From NCBI GenBank assembly GCA_030583765.1, contig CP129474.1, positions 137,709-201,708 on the forward strand: a DNA stretch of 64,000 bases, written 5' to 3'. The notes below the pieces were generated by a model. That model was not told the origin of the DNA. It saw only the letters and a list, made by a program, of their open reading frames with translations, and did not search any database. Position numbers and translations under genes: made by a program. Each line of letters starts with the position of its first letter. Within the stretch, counting starts at the first letter, position 1. The stretch is from Minisyncoccota bacterium (GTDB taxonomy: Bacteria > Patescibacteriota > Minisyncoccia > 2-02-FULL-40-12 > GWA2-44-9). Below, piece by piece: positions 46,630 through 55,766 of this stretch.

Positions 46630-47001
46630 ATGGAAGATCGAACTCCCTTAGAAGAACCGAAAACGTTGAGCCCGCAGGAGGGTCAGGAGCTTGCTCGACA
46701 GCTTGAAGCAGCTGGGTTGCGAGACAAGCAGGCGCCACCCATAGACACCTCCCAGCGCCTCTCGCCAGAAGATGGTGCAAAGGCGTGGCGCATCGCCCAA
46801 GAAATCATGCGCCAAAGAGCTGAAGCAGAAGCGCGAGCACAGCGTGAGGCAATGCCCACGCGGCACGACGAACCTAAAGATCACGTGCAAGAGCTTTCAA
46901 TAGCGGATATCCAAAAAGCACTCCTCGAAAAAGACGCCATCGAACGAGCAGAGAAAAAGCAGGCAGTATATCGCCAACTCCAAGAAATCTACGGTTCTTG
47001 A
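46630..47001 (+). CDS. Hypothetical charged/low-complexity protein (123 aa)
   Basis: ATG at 46630 inside a longer TTG-initiated ORF; E/A/R/Q-rich, coiled-coil-like. Confidence 0.35.
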   Translation: MEDRTPLEEPKTLSPQEGQELARQLEAAGLRDKQAPPIDTSQRLSPEDGAKAWRIAQEIMRQRAEAEARAQREAMPTRHDEPKDHVQELSIADIQKALLEKDAIERAEKKQAVYRQLQEIYGS

Positions 47002-47094
47002 CGCACGTTCCGCCGGGTGCTATCTTCGCAACGGGTCAGATCCTTGAAGACATTCCCCTAGCTCCACTTCTCCCTGGTGAATAGCCTGGGAGGG

Positions 47095-47425
47095 GTGCCT
47101 AGCACGTTGTTCACACCAACGTGAAACTGCCGCCAAGTTCAGCGAGCCTAGGCTTAATGAACAAGGCCCCGAGGGATAACAGTTCTTACAACTGTGGGTT
47201 TAAAACCTACTACTGGGCAGCCTGCGAGGGTCTTGCATACCCTAGCCGAGGCTGGTGAGTAGAAAGAGGTGGGATGGCAAGAAAGGGGCTTGCGCAAACG
47301 CACGTGGCGAAAGGAAAGCTATGCGCGGAGCGTGGGCAACCATCTTAGCCGAACGAGGAGGCATCCTCAAACCACAACGAGGGTCTGACCCACCCTCTCC
47401 ATCATTCAGTTCTTTCGTTCCCCAC
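47095..47425 (+). ncRNA. Unidentified structured RNA candidate (~330 nt) closed by a 7-bp terminal helix
   Basis: 440-nt region with no credible ORF. 5' GGAGGGG pairs with 3' CCUCUCC just before an intrinsic terminator. Internal hairpins include CACGUUG...CAACGUG and GCCUAG...CUAGGC. Confidence 0.25.
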
Positions 47426-47453
47426 GAGCGCTCTACCCGAGCGCTCTTTTTTT
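47426..47453 (+). terminator. Strong Rho-independent terminator (GAGCGCTC-taccc-GAGCGCTC then T7)
   Basis: Perfect 8-bp GC-rich stem followed by seven T; overlaps the stop of the convergent minus-strand gene. Confidence 0.65.
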
Positions 47454-47739
47454 ACAAAAATTTTAGAATAAATGTCTCAACAGCTCCTACGGCAAGCTCT
47501 GCCCACACTACAAGGAACACGAGAATAATGACGACATACGCAGCCATGCGCTGCGCCGGGCGCTGAAAACGCTGTGAGGCAAGATCGAGGGCGATACCAA
47601 CGCCCGCGAACATCACTGCAGCAAACACAAAATCGAGCACTCCCCAATTCCATCCATCAACCGAAAAGTTCGCAATCAAACAGGCAAAGAGAATAGCACC
47701 GACCACTGTCACAATTCGCGTAGGATGTTCTATGTGCAT
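47452..47739 (-). CDS. Small membrane protein (95 aa), hypothetical
   Basis: Start set at M (MHIEHPTR); the N-terminal 58 aa of the listed ORF is a translation of tRNA-Lys and was discarded. Confidence 0.4.
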   Translation of the reverse strand: MHIEHPTRIVTVVGAILFACLIANFSVDGWNWGVLDFVFAAVMFAGVGIALDLASQRFQRPAQRMAAYVVIILVFLVVWAELAVGAVETFILKFL

Positions 47740-47753
47740 AGGAAAAAATCTAG

Positions 47754-47826
47754 TGCCCCCACCAGGACTCGAACCTGGGACCGTCTCCTTAAAAGGGAGC
47801 TGCTCTACCAACTGAGCTATAGGGGC
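47754..47826 (-). tRNA. tRNA-Lys (anticodon TTT)
   Basis: Hand-folded: acceptor GCCCCTA/TGGGGGC (one GU), D-arm GCTC-AGTTGGTA-GAGC, anticodon loop CTTTTAA, T-arm CCAGG-TTCGAGT-CCTGG, discriminator A; CCA not encoded. Confidence 0.85.
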
Positions 47827-47863
47827 AAATGCAGAGCCTAGTGTATCAGATATGGCCCGATTT

Positions 47864-49510
47864 TCAACGTTCATCGGCAGTTGAGGCAACAGCCTCCTCT
47901 TTGCCAAGTGCAACAGCGAGCACCTTGCGCAGCTCTTCGTTATTCATATGTTGCCGTGGTTCTTGAGGCTGGCCTGGCCCCGTTTTCTGCGACGTAAACG
48001 GCATAACTCCCTGCCGCATCGCCTCTGCAAGCGAAAGTTCCTTTCCTCCCACAGAAACAGTGATCTTCCCGCTTGGTGCCGGCCGCTCGGACTGAGATCC
48101 ACCACGACCACCGCCTCCGCCTCGAGAACGGCGAGGTGGCCTATCTCCTTGTGAACGACGTGGGCCAGCAGATTGCTCCCGCGCTGATGAATGCCCTTCT
48201 GATGCGTGATCATCACGGGCTACACCAGCCTCTCGCCAGTCCCCAATTGTTTTTTCTACCTCAGCGCGAGGACGACCAAAGGTTTTCCGAGACGCTTCAA
48301 TTGCATTAAAGCGCTCCGTTGTTTCTTCTGGCGGCAAGGTGTCCATCGTCATAGCAGAAAACGCCTTAGACGCGACTCCGTCAATCATGAGTTTGAGATA
48401 AATCTGCCGCTTACCAAGGTTTACAATATCCTGCGCCACAAATTCCGGTGCAAATTCTTTTTCTAACATTTCTGCATCTTCCGCGCCCACGCGGAATGAG
48501 ATAATAGTGCCTACGTTTCCAAACACGGCATCACGCACAGCATCTTCCATCTGTGCGATGTATTGGTTTGCGATCACAAGACTCAGATTAAATTTACGTG
48601 CTTCGGAAAGGATGTTTGCGAAAGAAGCGGTGGCGAAGTTTTGGAATTCATCAACTACAAGGATAAAGTCATTGCGCTCATTCTTTGCGATATCTACACG
48701 AGACATGGCAGCAAGCTGGATCTTCGTAATAAGCATGGCGCCCAAAAGACGGCTTGCATCTTCACCCACGCGCCCCTTAGAAATATTCACCAGCACGATC
48801 TTGCCCTCGTCCATCGCTTTGCGCATATCGAATGCTGATTTTTCCTGTCCGACAATATTACGAATGAGTGGGTTGGAGACAAATTGACCAATTTTATTCT
48901 GAATGGCGGCCGTTGCTTCCCCGGCATACCGTTCGTTATATTTCGCAAATTCCTGCGTCCAAAATGCTTTTACCTCTGTATCAGTAACTTGATCTACCAC
49001 AGATTTACGATACGCCTTGTCCGCCAACATACGATTAATTCCCAGAAGCGTAGAGCCAGGCGCTTCAAGAAGTGCCAAAATCGTATTGTTGAGAATGTAT
49101 TCCATACGAGCTGACCATTGATCAACCCAGAGCTTCTTGAATACCGCCATCATGCCATCTGCAACAAGGTGACGGTTATCAAAACTGACATGCTCCATGA
49201 TATTAAAGCCAATCGGGTGCTCTAGATCTGCGGGATTGAAATAAATAACATCCTTCACGCGGTGTGCGGGAATAAAGTCCAGAAGATCTTCAACAGGATC
49301 TCCGTGAGGATCGATGAACGCGATGCCACGTCCGTCACGAATGTCTTGGATGGCTAAATTCTTCAGCAGTTCTGATTTCCCCATGCCCGTCTTTCCAATG
49401 ACGTACATGTGGCGACGTCGATCGTCCATCTTAATGCCAAACGGCCGCAACTCATTGCGGAAGGTTGTTTGTCCAAAGAGGACTACCGGATTTTCTGGAG
49501 GAAGCGCCAT
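47864..49510 (-). CDS. VirD4/TraG/TraD-like type IV coupling protein ATPase (ATPase module only)
   Basis: Walker A MYVIGKTGMGKS followed by IDPHGD; TraG-D_C-like VVDEFQNFATASFANILSEARKFNLSLVIANQYIAQM...FGNVGTIISFRVGAEDAE. Paralog of the C-terminal two-thirds of 8345..10774. Confidence 0.7.
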   Translation of the reverse strand: MALPPENPVVLFGQTTFRNELRPFGIKMDDRRRHMYVIGKTGMGKSELLKNLAIQDIRDGRGIAFIDPHGDPVEDLLDFIPAHRVKDVIYFNPADLEHPIGFNIMEHVSFDNRHLVADGMMAVFKKLWVDQWSARMEYILNNTILALLEAPGSTLLGINRMLADKAYRKSVVDQVTDTEVKAFWTQEFAKYNERYAGEATAAIQNKIGQFVSNPLIRNIVGQEKSAFDMRKAMDEGKIVLVNISKGRVGEDASRLLGAMLITKIQLAAMSRVDIAKNERNDFILVVDEFQNFATASFANILSEARKFNLSLVIANQYIAQMEDAVRDAVFGNVGTIISFRVGAEDAEMLEKEFAPEFVAQDIVNLGKRQIYLKLMIDGVASKAFSAMTMDTLPPEETTERFNAIEASRKTFGRPRAEVEKTIGDWREAGVARDDHASEGHSSAREQSAGPRRSQGDRPPRRSRGGGGGRGGSQSERPAPSGKITVSVGGKELSLAEAMRQGVMPFTSQKTGPGQPQEPRQHMNNEELRKVLAVALGKEEAVASTADER

Positions 49511-49532
49511 GTATTGTTAGTGTACCACGAAA

Positions 49533-50843
49533 CTAAAACCCCGGGAGGTTTGCTGGTGGCGTACTCTTCTTTGCCTCAACGCGAGGTAAGCCAGCAGCCT
49601 TCACATTCAAGCCAGGCAAGTGCCAAAGCGTTGCAAGCTCTTCGATATTGAGAATCGCATAGTCTTTCACGAATTCGCGACCACGATATTTTCCAAGAAG
49701 ATCAACTTTCTTTTTGTATTCTGCCTCTGCGGCACCGAACCCACGCCCCGAAGGGAAAAGCCAGGCTAATTTACCATCGGCTGCGGTTGTGACCTCTCCA
49801 TTTGGTTTAAATGAGTTAAGGTCATTCGCATAAAATTGCTTAAAGTATCCAATTACACCAGCAATGCGCGCACGATTAAATACCGTCTTATCTGCAAGGT
49901 ATACAAAGCGAAAGCCCGCCTTAAACGCAAGCTTTGAGAGTTTTAATTCAATCTGCTCTAAGGCTGCGCGCTGACCAGGTGAAAGTGCCATGACATTAAA
50001 ATCTTTTTTCTCCTTTTTCTCTTCGCTGGCCTTGCCGCCCGGAACGAAAAGATCAATAAACGATATGACTTTTTGCCCAAACGTTGGGTCCGGAGCTTTC
50101 GGATCTTTCCCCATGATTTTATCGACGACCTTCTGGCCTTCCTTTACCCAGTCACCGCCTGTGGGGCGCAACGTGAGTTGCAACCACACATGTTCACCCG
50201 GGCGAAGGGAGCTCATCACTTCGGCCAAAGCTGCCATAGGATCAGTACGGACGTATTCATCCTTTCCACTCTGCTCTTCAAAAAATGGGTACGTGCGGAT
50301 GGGATATGCGTGTTCTTTGGTGAAAATAAGCTCAGTGCCAAAGAGATCATACTGCTCATTGGGTATGTCCTGCGGGAGACGAGAGGTGTAATCTTCTGCT
50401 TCGCGAATTTCGGCTTCAGGCCACTGAGCAAAGACATGCGCCTCAAGAAGGTTTCGATGTCCCGCAGGGGTGCGTATATAAAAACGCATACCCTGTGCAT
50501 CCCCTACAATTTCACAGGTAAACCAGTCAGGAATCTTGCCGTCAAAGAACATTTTTTTCCACTTCAAAGAGCTCCCATAAATACCATGGAGGCCCGAGAA
50601 GAAGTTCTCGGCAATTTTTGGACTCCGCTGTACCTCGGGAGGCGGGACAACCTCCAAAAGCACCCATTTCATGCCTCGGAGATACCGCGTGCGCGTATAC
50701 TCTTGCCACTGACGCAAGGCGAGTGATGCAAGCACGATGGGCAGCCAAAGCCACCATACACTAAACAAGATCCCCACAATAAGACGCGCTACCGGAAGAA
50801 CCGGCTCAAATACAGAAAACGTCTGAGAGAGAATCGAGAGCAT
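49533..50843 (-). CDS. Membrane-anchored N-terminal module of a split type IV coupling protein
   Basis: Two N-terminal TM segments; collinear with residues about 35-350 of the 809-aa fused paralog (YHFP vs WHLP motif near the C-terminus). The 22-nt gap to the ATPase gene is in a different frame. Junction shows PPANLP / LPPENP mini-duplication. Confidence 0.6.
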   Translation of the reverse strand: MLSILSQTFSVFEPVLPVARLIVGILFSVWWLWLPIVLASLALRQWQEYTRTRYLRGMKWVLLEVVPPPEVQRSPKIAENFFSGLHGIYGSSLKWKKMFFDGKIPDWFTCEIVGDAQGMRFYIRTPAGHRNLLEAHVFAQWPEAEIREAEDYTSRLPQDIPNEQYDLFGTELIFTKEHAYPIRTYPFFEEQSGKDEYVRTDPMAALAEVMSSLRPGEHVWLQLTLRPTGGDWVKEGQKVVDKIMGKDPKAPDPTFGQKVISFIDLFVPGGKASEEKKEKKDFNVMALSPGQRAALEQIELKLSKLAFKAGFRFVYLADKTVFNRARIAGVIGYFKQFYANDLNSFKPNGEVTTAADGKLAWLFPSGRGFGAAEAEYKKKVDLLGKYRGREFVKDYAILNIEELATLWHLPGLNVKAAGLPRVEAKKSTPPANLPGF

Positions 50844-50898
50844 ACAAGATCCTCTGTATCATACCACGACGGCGCCTATGGCGCCGTGAGTGTGTGGA

Positions 50899-51963
50899 CT
50901 AAGCTTTGCGAAGAGTGTATGTACCGTCTGCCTGTTTTGCGAATGTCGCACTGTCCTGGAGGTTGAGAACGATGGTGCTTTCTTTCACCATACGGTTTGC
51001 AAGCACACGAGAAATGAGTTCCGCCTTCGGTAGAGGTGACTTCGCCTCTTTCAGAGTATGCACAAGAACGTCCTTTACTGTTCCGGCTTGGTAACCCCAT
51101 TCCGAGAGGGCATAGAGTCCGCGGCCAACGAGAATAAAGCGCTTGTCTTTAATGAGCTCGTTGTGAACCGTCTGCATGTTCACGCGCTTACCGTCTGGGA
51201 ACGTAGCAGAACTAATGAGTTTGGTAATTGCGGAGAAATGTTGTGGCTTTGCTTCGCGCTTAAGTACTAAATATGCCTTATCACGGATGCCCTTCGGATT
51301 CACCTGCGGCCATGCAGAAAGACCAACTTGGCCATAAATGTTCTTGCCGATATCCTTAGAAATGGCGAGAGCGGCAACAAGGTGCTTTTCATTGACCGGC
51401 ATGCCCGTCGCAAGCACCGCACTGGTAGACTTTGCAACGCCACAAAACGCTTCCCACTCCATTGGTTCTGCGTGCGACTTAAGCGCCTGGGAAAGTGCCT
51501 GGATACCCGAACGAAAAGCATCAGCTTGCGCACGATGTGCTGCCCAAAATGCATGGAAATGATCGCCCTCGGGAGCATGGAACACCTGGTTGCTCACCGT
51601 CAGTACAAACACGAGTGCGGCATTCGTGGTGGTAAGGCTTGGAGACCCGCTCATCTCCTGGAAAAGAAGGTCTTGGCGCATAACGCCACCTTCGCGCTGC
51701 AATACATCAATCACGGAGGCTACCACGGCATTTACGTCAGCGTCGCGCTGGGCGATTTTAGCAACCGCCGAAACCGTTGCTTCTTCAATCTGGCGTACGC
51801 GTTCGCGAGTAATCCCATAGCTCGAGCCAATCGCCTCAAGGGTCTCGCGACGGCCGGAAGCAAAACCAAAGCGTCGCGCAATAATATCGCGATTACGAGG
51901 TGCTACTTCGCGCACAAGGCGGGTAACGAGTTTTTGAATGCCGGTAAGTGATGAACGTGCCAT
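50899..51963 (-). CDS. Sigma-70 region 4-like HTH domain protein (hypothetical regulator)
   Basis: N-terminal RNRDIIARRFGFASGRRETLEAIGSSYGITRERVRQIEEATVSAVAK matches the sigma-70 region 4 consensus (LxxRExxVLxLRFGL...TLEEIG...GVTRERIRQIE). First gene of a three-gene co-directional cluster with the split coupling protein. Confidence 0.55.
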   Translation of the reverse strand: MARSSLTGIQKLVTRLVREVAPRNRDIIARRFGFASGRRETLEAIGSSYGITRERVRQIEEATVSAVAKIAQRDADVNAVVASVIDVLQREGGVMRQDLLFQEMSGSPSLTTTNAALVFVLTVSNQVFHAPEGDHFHAFWAAHRAQADAFRSGIQALSQALKSHAEPMEWEAFCGVAKSTSAVLATGMPVNEKHLVAALAISKDIGKNIYGQVGLSAWPQVNPKGIRDKAYLVLKREAKPQHFSAITKLISSATFPDGKRVNMQTVHNELIKDKRFILVGRGLYALSEWGYQAGTVKDVLVHTLKEAKSPLPKAELISRVLANRMVKESTIVLNLQDSATFAKQADGTYTLRKA

Positions 51964-52025
51964 AAGATTTCGATGTTTTTAGAATATCACTTTCTTTACA
52001 TACTGTCAATTATGCTGTGGATAAT

Positions 52026-52928
52026 CTACCGCTTTCTTGGCGAAAGCCACAAAAGGAGCGGCGATGCCACGAATACGGATGAATACGCCCCAAGCCCTAT
52101 GCCAAGGATGAGCGCAAGGGCGAAATACTTCACGCTCTCCCCTCCAAAGAAATACACCGCAAACAACGAGAGTAGCGTAGTAAGCGTCGTGTTCAACGAG
52201 CGGACCAGCGTCTGCCGAATACTAAGTGGAATGATTTCTTCTAACGAACTACGGCCATTACTGCGGATAATATTCTCGCGCACACGGTCAAACACAACCA
52301 CGGTGTCGGAAATCGAGTAGCCTAATACCGTCAGGAGCGCGGCAACAAACACCGCACCGATTTCGACATGTGCTGCGTGCCCCAGATACGCAAAGACTCC
52401 AACGGGAATGATGAGATCGTGCAGGAGACCAACCAACGTAGCGAAAGCCATTGTCCACGAAGAAAGCACGGGGCCTACGCGGCGGAACACCCAGGCGATG
52501 TAGAGGCCAACGAGCACCAGCACGATGACAATCGCTTGGATGCTTTTCGTCTTGAGCTCTCCCCCAATTGTGGGGCCAATGGAATCAAATTTATCCTCTA
52601 CAAATGGGTGTTGGGGAAGTCCTTTTTGTAATGCCTGTAGCAACAATTGGTGCTCTGCTTCCGTGAGCGGGCCAGTGCGAATAATCATTCCCGCATCATT
52701 TGCGGGTGTCACCGTTGCAGACGCCCATGGAGCGTCGGCTCGCCCCGTTAGCACTGCCTGCATGGTTGCGACATCGGGACGCTCATTCTCAAACGATATC
52801 TCCATGACTGTCCCTCCGGTAAAATCAACGCCGAAGAGAAGTCCGTAGCGCACAAACGACCCAGTAGCCACGATCATCGCAATGACCGAGATTATGAAAC
52901 CAATAGTGAGGATGCGTCGAATATTCAT
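52026..52928 (-). CDS. secF: Protein translocase subunit SecF
   Basis: 300 aa, six TM, SecD/SecF family conserved C-terminal TM bundle. Confidence 0.9.
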   Translation of the reverse strand: MNIRRILTIGFIISVIAMIVATGSFVRYGLLFGVDFTGGTVMEISFENERPDVATMQAVLTGRADAPWASATVTPANDAGMIIRTGPLTEAEHQLLLQALQKGLPQHPFVEDKFDSIGPTIGGELKTKSIQAIVIVLVLVGLYIAWVFRRVGPVLSSWTMAFATLVGLLHDLIIPVGVFAYLGHAAHVEIGAVFVAALLTVLGYSISDTVVVFDRVRENIIRSNGRSSLEEIIPLSIRQTLVRSLNTTLTTLLSLFAVYFFGGESVKYFALALILGIGLGAYSSVFVASPLLLWLSPRKR

Positions 52929-52931
52929 ACG

Positions 52932-54281
52932 TTATGAAAAAAGCCAACGGATTTTACCTAATCGCGTATTCGCAACGCCGCGCAAGAACGCCTGCGTAAC
53001 AATAGTCGCGGTAAATAGACTCGTGAGCACACCAAGGCCTAGTGTGAGCGCGAACCCCTTCACCACAGAAGATGTAAATCCATAGAGTACCCCAGCACCA
53101 ATGAGCGTTGTCATGTGTCCATCACGGATAGAGAGCCAGGCACGAGAGAACCCTTCGGTAAGCGCTAATGAAAGCGCCTTGCCCTGAGCAAGTTCCTCGC
53201 GCATACGCGCAAAAATAAGCACGTTCGCATCTACGGCAATACCAACGGAGAGGACAAACCCAGCGATACCTGCAAGTGTGAGCGTAACAGGAATCGCCTT
53301 ATAGAGCGCGAGCACAATGAGCGTGTACACGCCAAGCGCGAGCACAGCCATAACGCCAGGCACGCGATAGAACAGGATCATGAAGAGCGCCACAAAAAGA
53401 AATCCGAAAAGACCTGCGCGCAAGCTCTGCGCAAGAGACACGGCGCCCAGTGAAGCACCAACGGTCTGTTGCGAAATGAGGGAGATCGGCACCGGAAGCG
53501 CGCCAGAGTTGAGACGCGTCGCAAGTGTCTTTGCTTCCGCGGGCGTAAAGACTCCGGAAATAACCGCTTCACCATTTGGAATTTCAGATTCAACGATGGG
53601 AGCGGAGATAATTTGCCCGTCAAGATAAATGGCGACGATCTTCCCAAGGTTGCGTTTGGTAATTTCGGCAAAAAGTTTTGTACCCTCTGCGTTCAGGTTC
53701 AGACTCACTAAAGGGCGGCCCGTATTGGGATCAAAAATGACTTGAGCACGAGCGAGGTGGCGGCCATTGAGACCCGTTGTTACAAAGCCATCGTCCAGCG
53801 GATTTGGCGTTGGCGTCGGCCTTCCCGGAGCTACTGATGGAGTAGGGACCATTTCCTTAAATTCCAAAAAGGGCGTCTCACCAATGAGGCGGATCGCCTG
53901 GTTGATATCAGTAATACCTGCGAGCTCAACGATCAAACGATCGCTGCCGCTCACCTGCACCAGAGGCTCAGCAACGCCGAACGCGTTCACACGACGTTCG
54001 ATGACATCACGAATACCTTCCATGGCGTCGTCGGGATCAATGCCCGAGATTTGCGAGAGGTCAGCCTGATAAAGCAAGTGCGCACCGCCGACAAGATCAA
54101 GACCGAGGTGGAAATCAGATGCGGGAACGCGTGGTAGAGAAATCCCTATCTTCCCGTCAATCCATGCAATCCCCCGGTTCACAACACCTGGCGCAACATA
54201 GACAAAAAGCGCTAGCGAAAGGACAAGTAACACAATGATTCGAGTCCGCTGTGAGTTCATAGAAAATGCGCTCGCGCGCAA
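52932..54281 (-). CDS. secD: Protein translocase subunit SecD
   Basis: 449 aa with periplasmic P1 domain and SecD/F TM region; immediately upstream of secF. Confidence 0.9.
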   Translation of the reverse strand: MRASAFSMNSQRTRIIVLLVLSLALFVYVAPGVVNRGIAWIDGKIGISLPRVPASDFHLGLDLVGGAHLLYQADLSQISGIDPDDAMEGIRDVIERRVNAFGVAEPLVQVSGSDRLIVELAGITDINQAIRLIGETPFLEFKEMVPTPSVAPGRPTPTPNPLDDGFVTTGLNGRHLARAQVIFDPNTGRPLVSLNLNAEGTKLFAEITKRNLGKIVAIYLDGQIISAPIVESEIPNGEAVISGVFTPAEAKTLATRLNSGALPVPISLISQQTVGASLGAVSLAQSLRAGLFGFLFVALFMILFYRVPGVMAVLALGVYTLIVLALYKAIPVTLTLAGIAGFVLSVGIAVDANVLIFARMREELAQGKALSLALTEGFSRAWLSIRDGHMTTLIGAGVLYGFTSSVVKGFALTLGLGVLTSLFTATIVTQAFLRGVANTRLGKIRWLFS

Positions 54282-54321
54282 CGCTCGTCATTCAACCACA
54301 CTGGCTTTGAAAGTCAATAAC

Positions 54322-55764
54322 CTACGATGCATCAAGCATTTCATGCTCACCTTTTTGGGGCTTCTGCGCCGCCAGCCACTCCTTCACGAGCCGTGTTGCG
54401 CGCACGTCATCTTCGTTATACGCGAGGAGCTGCTCTAAAATCGCCGCATCACCTGTGCTGATATACTGATCAAACCAAAGCACCGATTCAGCACCACCCG
54501 CACGCGGATCACGCCACGTAAATCCAAGGAACTTTGCTACATCTTTGAGTGTGTAGAAGTAGAGCGGCAACACCACCGCATCTAATACGCGCTGGTGTAC
54601 GTCAATGGATCGCTCGCGAAATGCGTCAACGATCACGCTCGGCGCATTGTATTTAAGCGCAAGACGATCGAACACCTGCCGCTCATATCCTGCATAGTGA
54701 TATACCGCATAATTTTCAAGCGGCGCAAGAAAATCAAGAAACGACCGCCACATCGCCTCCTCACCCGACGCATCTTTTGCCACAAAAGAATGGTAGGTGC
54801 CCTTACCCGTTGCACTCTCAACCTGCAAAACACCTAATAGATAGTCAACATCCCGAATAGGGTCGCTCTCGATGTCAAAATAGAGCTCCGTAGCAACTTC
54901 AGGAAATGATGTCGTGCGCAATACCAGGGGTTGGCCGGAGTGCAATGCGCGCGCTTGGTTAGAAAAGCGGATGATTTTATCGTATGGCCAATCCTCCAGC
55001 TGTGTGCGGAGCATTTCTGGGTTTGCTTCGGCCAAGTCACGCACTGTGTGAATACCGATGTCATAGAGTCGCCGCTGGTCTGATTGCGAAAGTCGATACA
55101 CCAACGAAACATCATTGCATCCCTCTGTCTCTTCTAAGCATAGAGAGTACCAGGGTGTACGCTTGCAGGTGGACTTCAAAAACGGCGCGGGCTTTTCACC
55201 ATCAAGCACGCGTTCTATTTCTTCACGCGTCAGGTGGAACTGATCAACAAAATCCGCGATCGCGAATGAACGTTCATTGCCGGCGGGATCAATCATGTAC
55301 GCTTCGGTGGGTCGCACACCCTGAATGGTTTCGAGAATGAGACTATAGAACACAAGCGGAAACTTGTGCTCATCGCGCAATTCGAGCGAACGCTGGGCAT
55401 CGTATACCACATACTGCCACGGACCGAAGCGAGAGGAGCCAGGGCGCGCTTCAAGCAAGTCTGGCATACCTACCCATTCATTGTGCATTAAAACGCCATG
55501 GTAAATATTCTTCCCCTGCTTCATAAGCTCCAGCGTGGCGCGGTGTGCTTCTTCTAAATCTTTATAGGCTTCTGGCTTGAGTTCTTCAAATTTTTTGTGC
55601 GTCCTTAGAGCGCTACTAGCTGCCGATGTCTTCCCACGGTTAATCAGCTCTAAGAGTGCAGGTACCGCACCCTTGCGCGACTGATCGCCATAGATGTCAT
55701 ACCAAATCCAGTGCGGACACTGAAAGAATTTATAAAAATGTTCTGCGGTAAGTGGTTTGTTCAT
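54322..55764 (-). CDS. TM0106-family RecB-like nuclease (PD-(D/E)xK N-terminal domain plus RNase H-like C-terminal domain)
   Basis: 480 aa; N-terminal region with CPHWIWYDIYG; C-terminal YHYAGYERQ...DVH exonuclease-like fold. Family assignment from memory of TIGR03491-type proteins. Confidence 0.5.
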   Translation of the reverse strand: MNKPLTAEHFYKFFQCPHWIWYDIYGDQSRKGAVPALLELINRGKTSAASSALRTHKKFEELKPEAYKDLEEAHRATLELMKQGKNIYHGVLMHNEWVGMPDLLEARPGSSRFGPWQYVVYDAQRSLELRDEHKFPLVFYSLILETIQGVRPTEAYMIDPAGNERSFAIADFVDQFHLTREEIERVLDGEKPAPFLKSTCKRTPWYSLCLEETEGCNDVSLVYRLSQSDQRRLYDIGIHTVRDLAEANPEMLRTQLEDWPYDKIIRFSNQARALHSGQPLVLRTTSFPEVATELYFDIESDPIRDVDYLLGVLQVESATGKGTYHSFVAKDASGEEAMWRSFLDFLAPLENYAVYHYAGYERQVFDRLALKYNAPSVIVDAFRERSIDVHQRVLDAVVLPLYFYTLKDVAKFLGFTWRDPRAGGAESVLWFDQYISTGDAAILEQLLAYNEDDVRATRLVKEWLAAQKPQKGEHEMLDAS

Positions 55765-55766
55765 AA

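Noticed and set aside
47095-47425. tmRNA hypothesis for the 47.1-kb structured region
   Set aside because: The terminal helix has A3-U70 rather than the G3.U70 alanine identity pair. No tag-like reading frame with a hydrophobic C-terminus or proper resume context was found in any frame, and the T-arm is poor.
47452-47913. 153-aa listed ORF
   Set aside because: Its N-terminal 58 residues (..AQLVEQLPFKETVPGSSPGGGT..) are simply the translation of tRNA-Lys on the same strand. Only the C-terminal 95-aa membrane ORF (from M at 47739) was kept.
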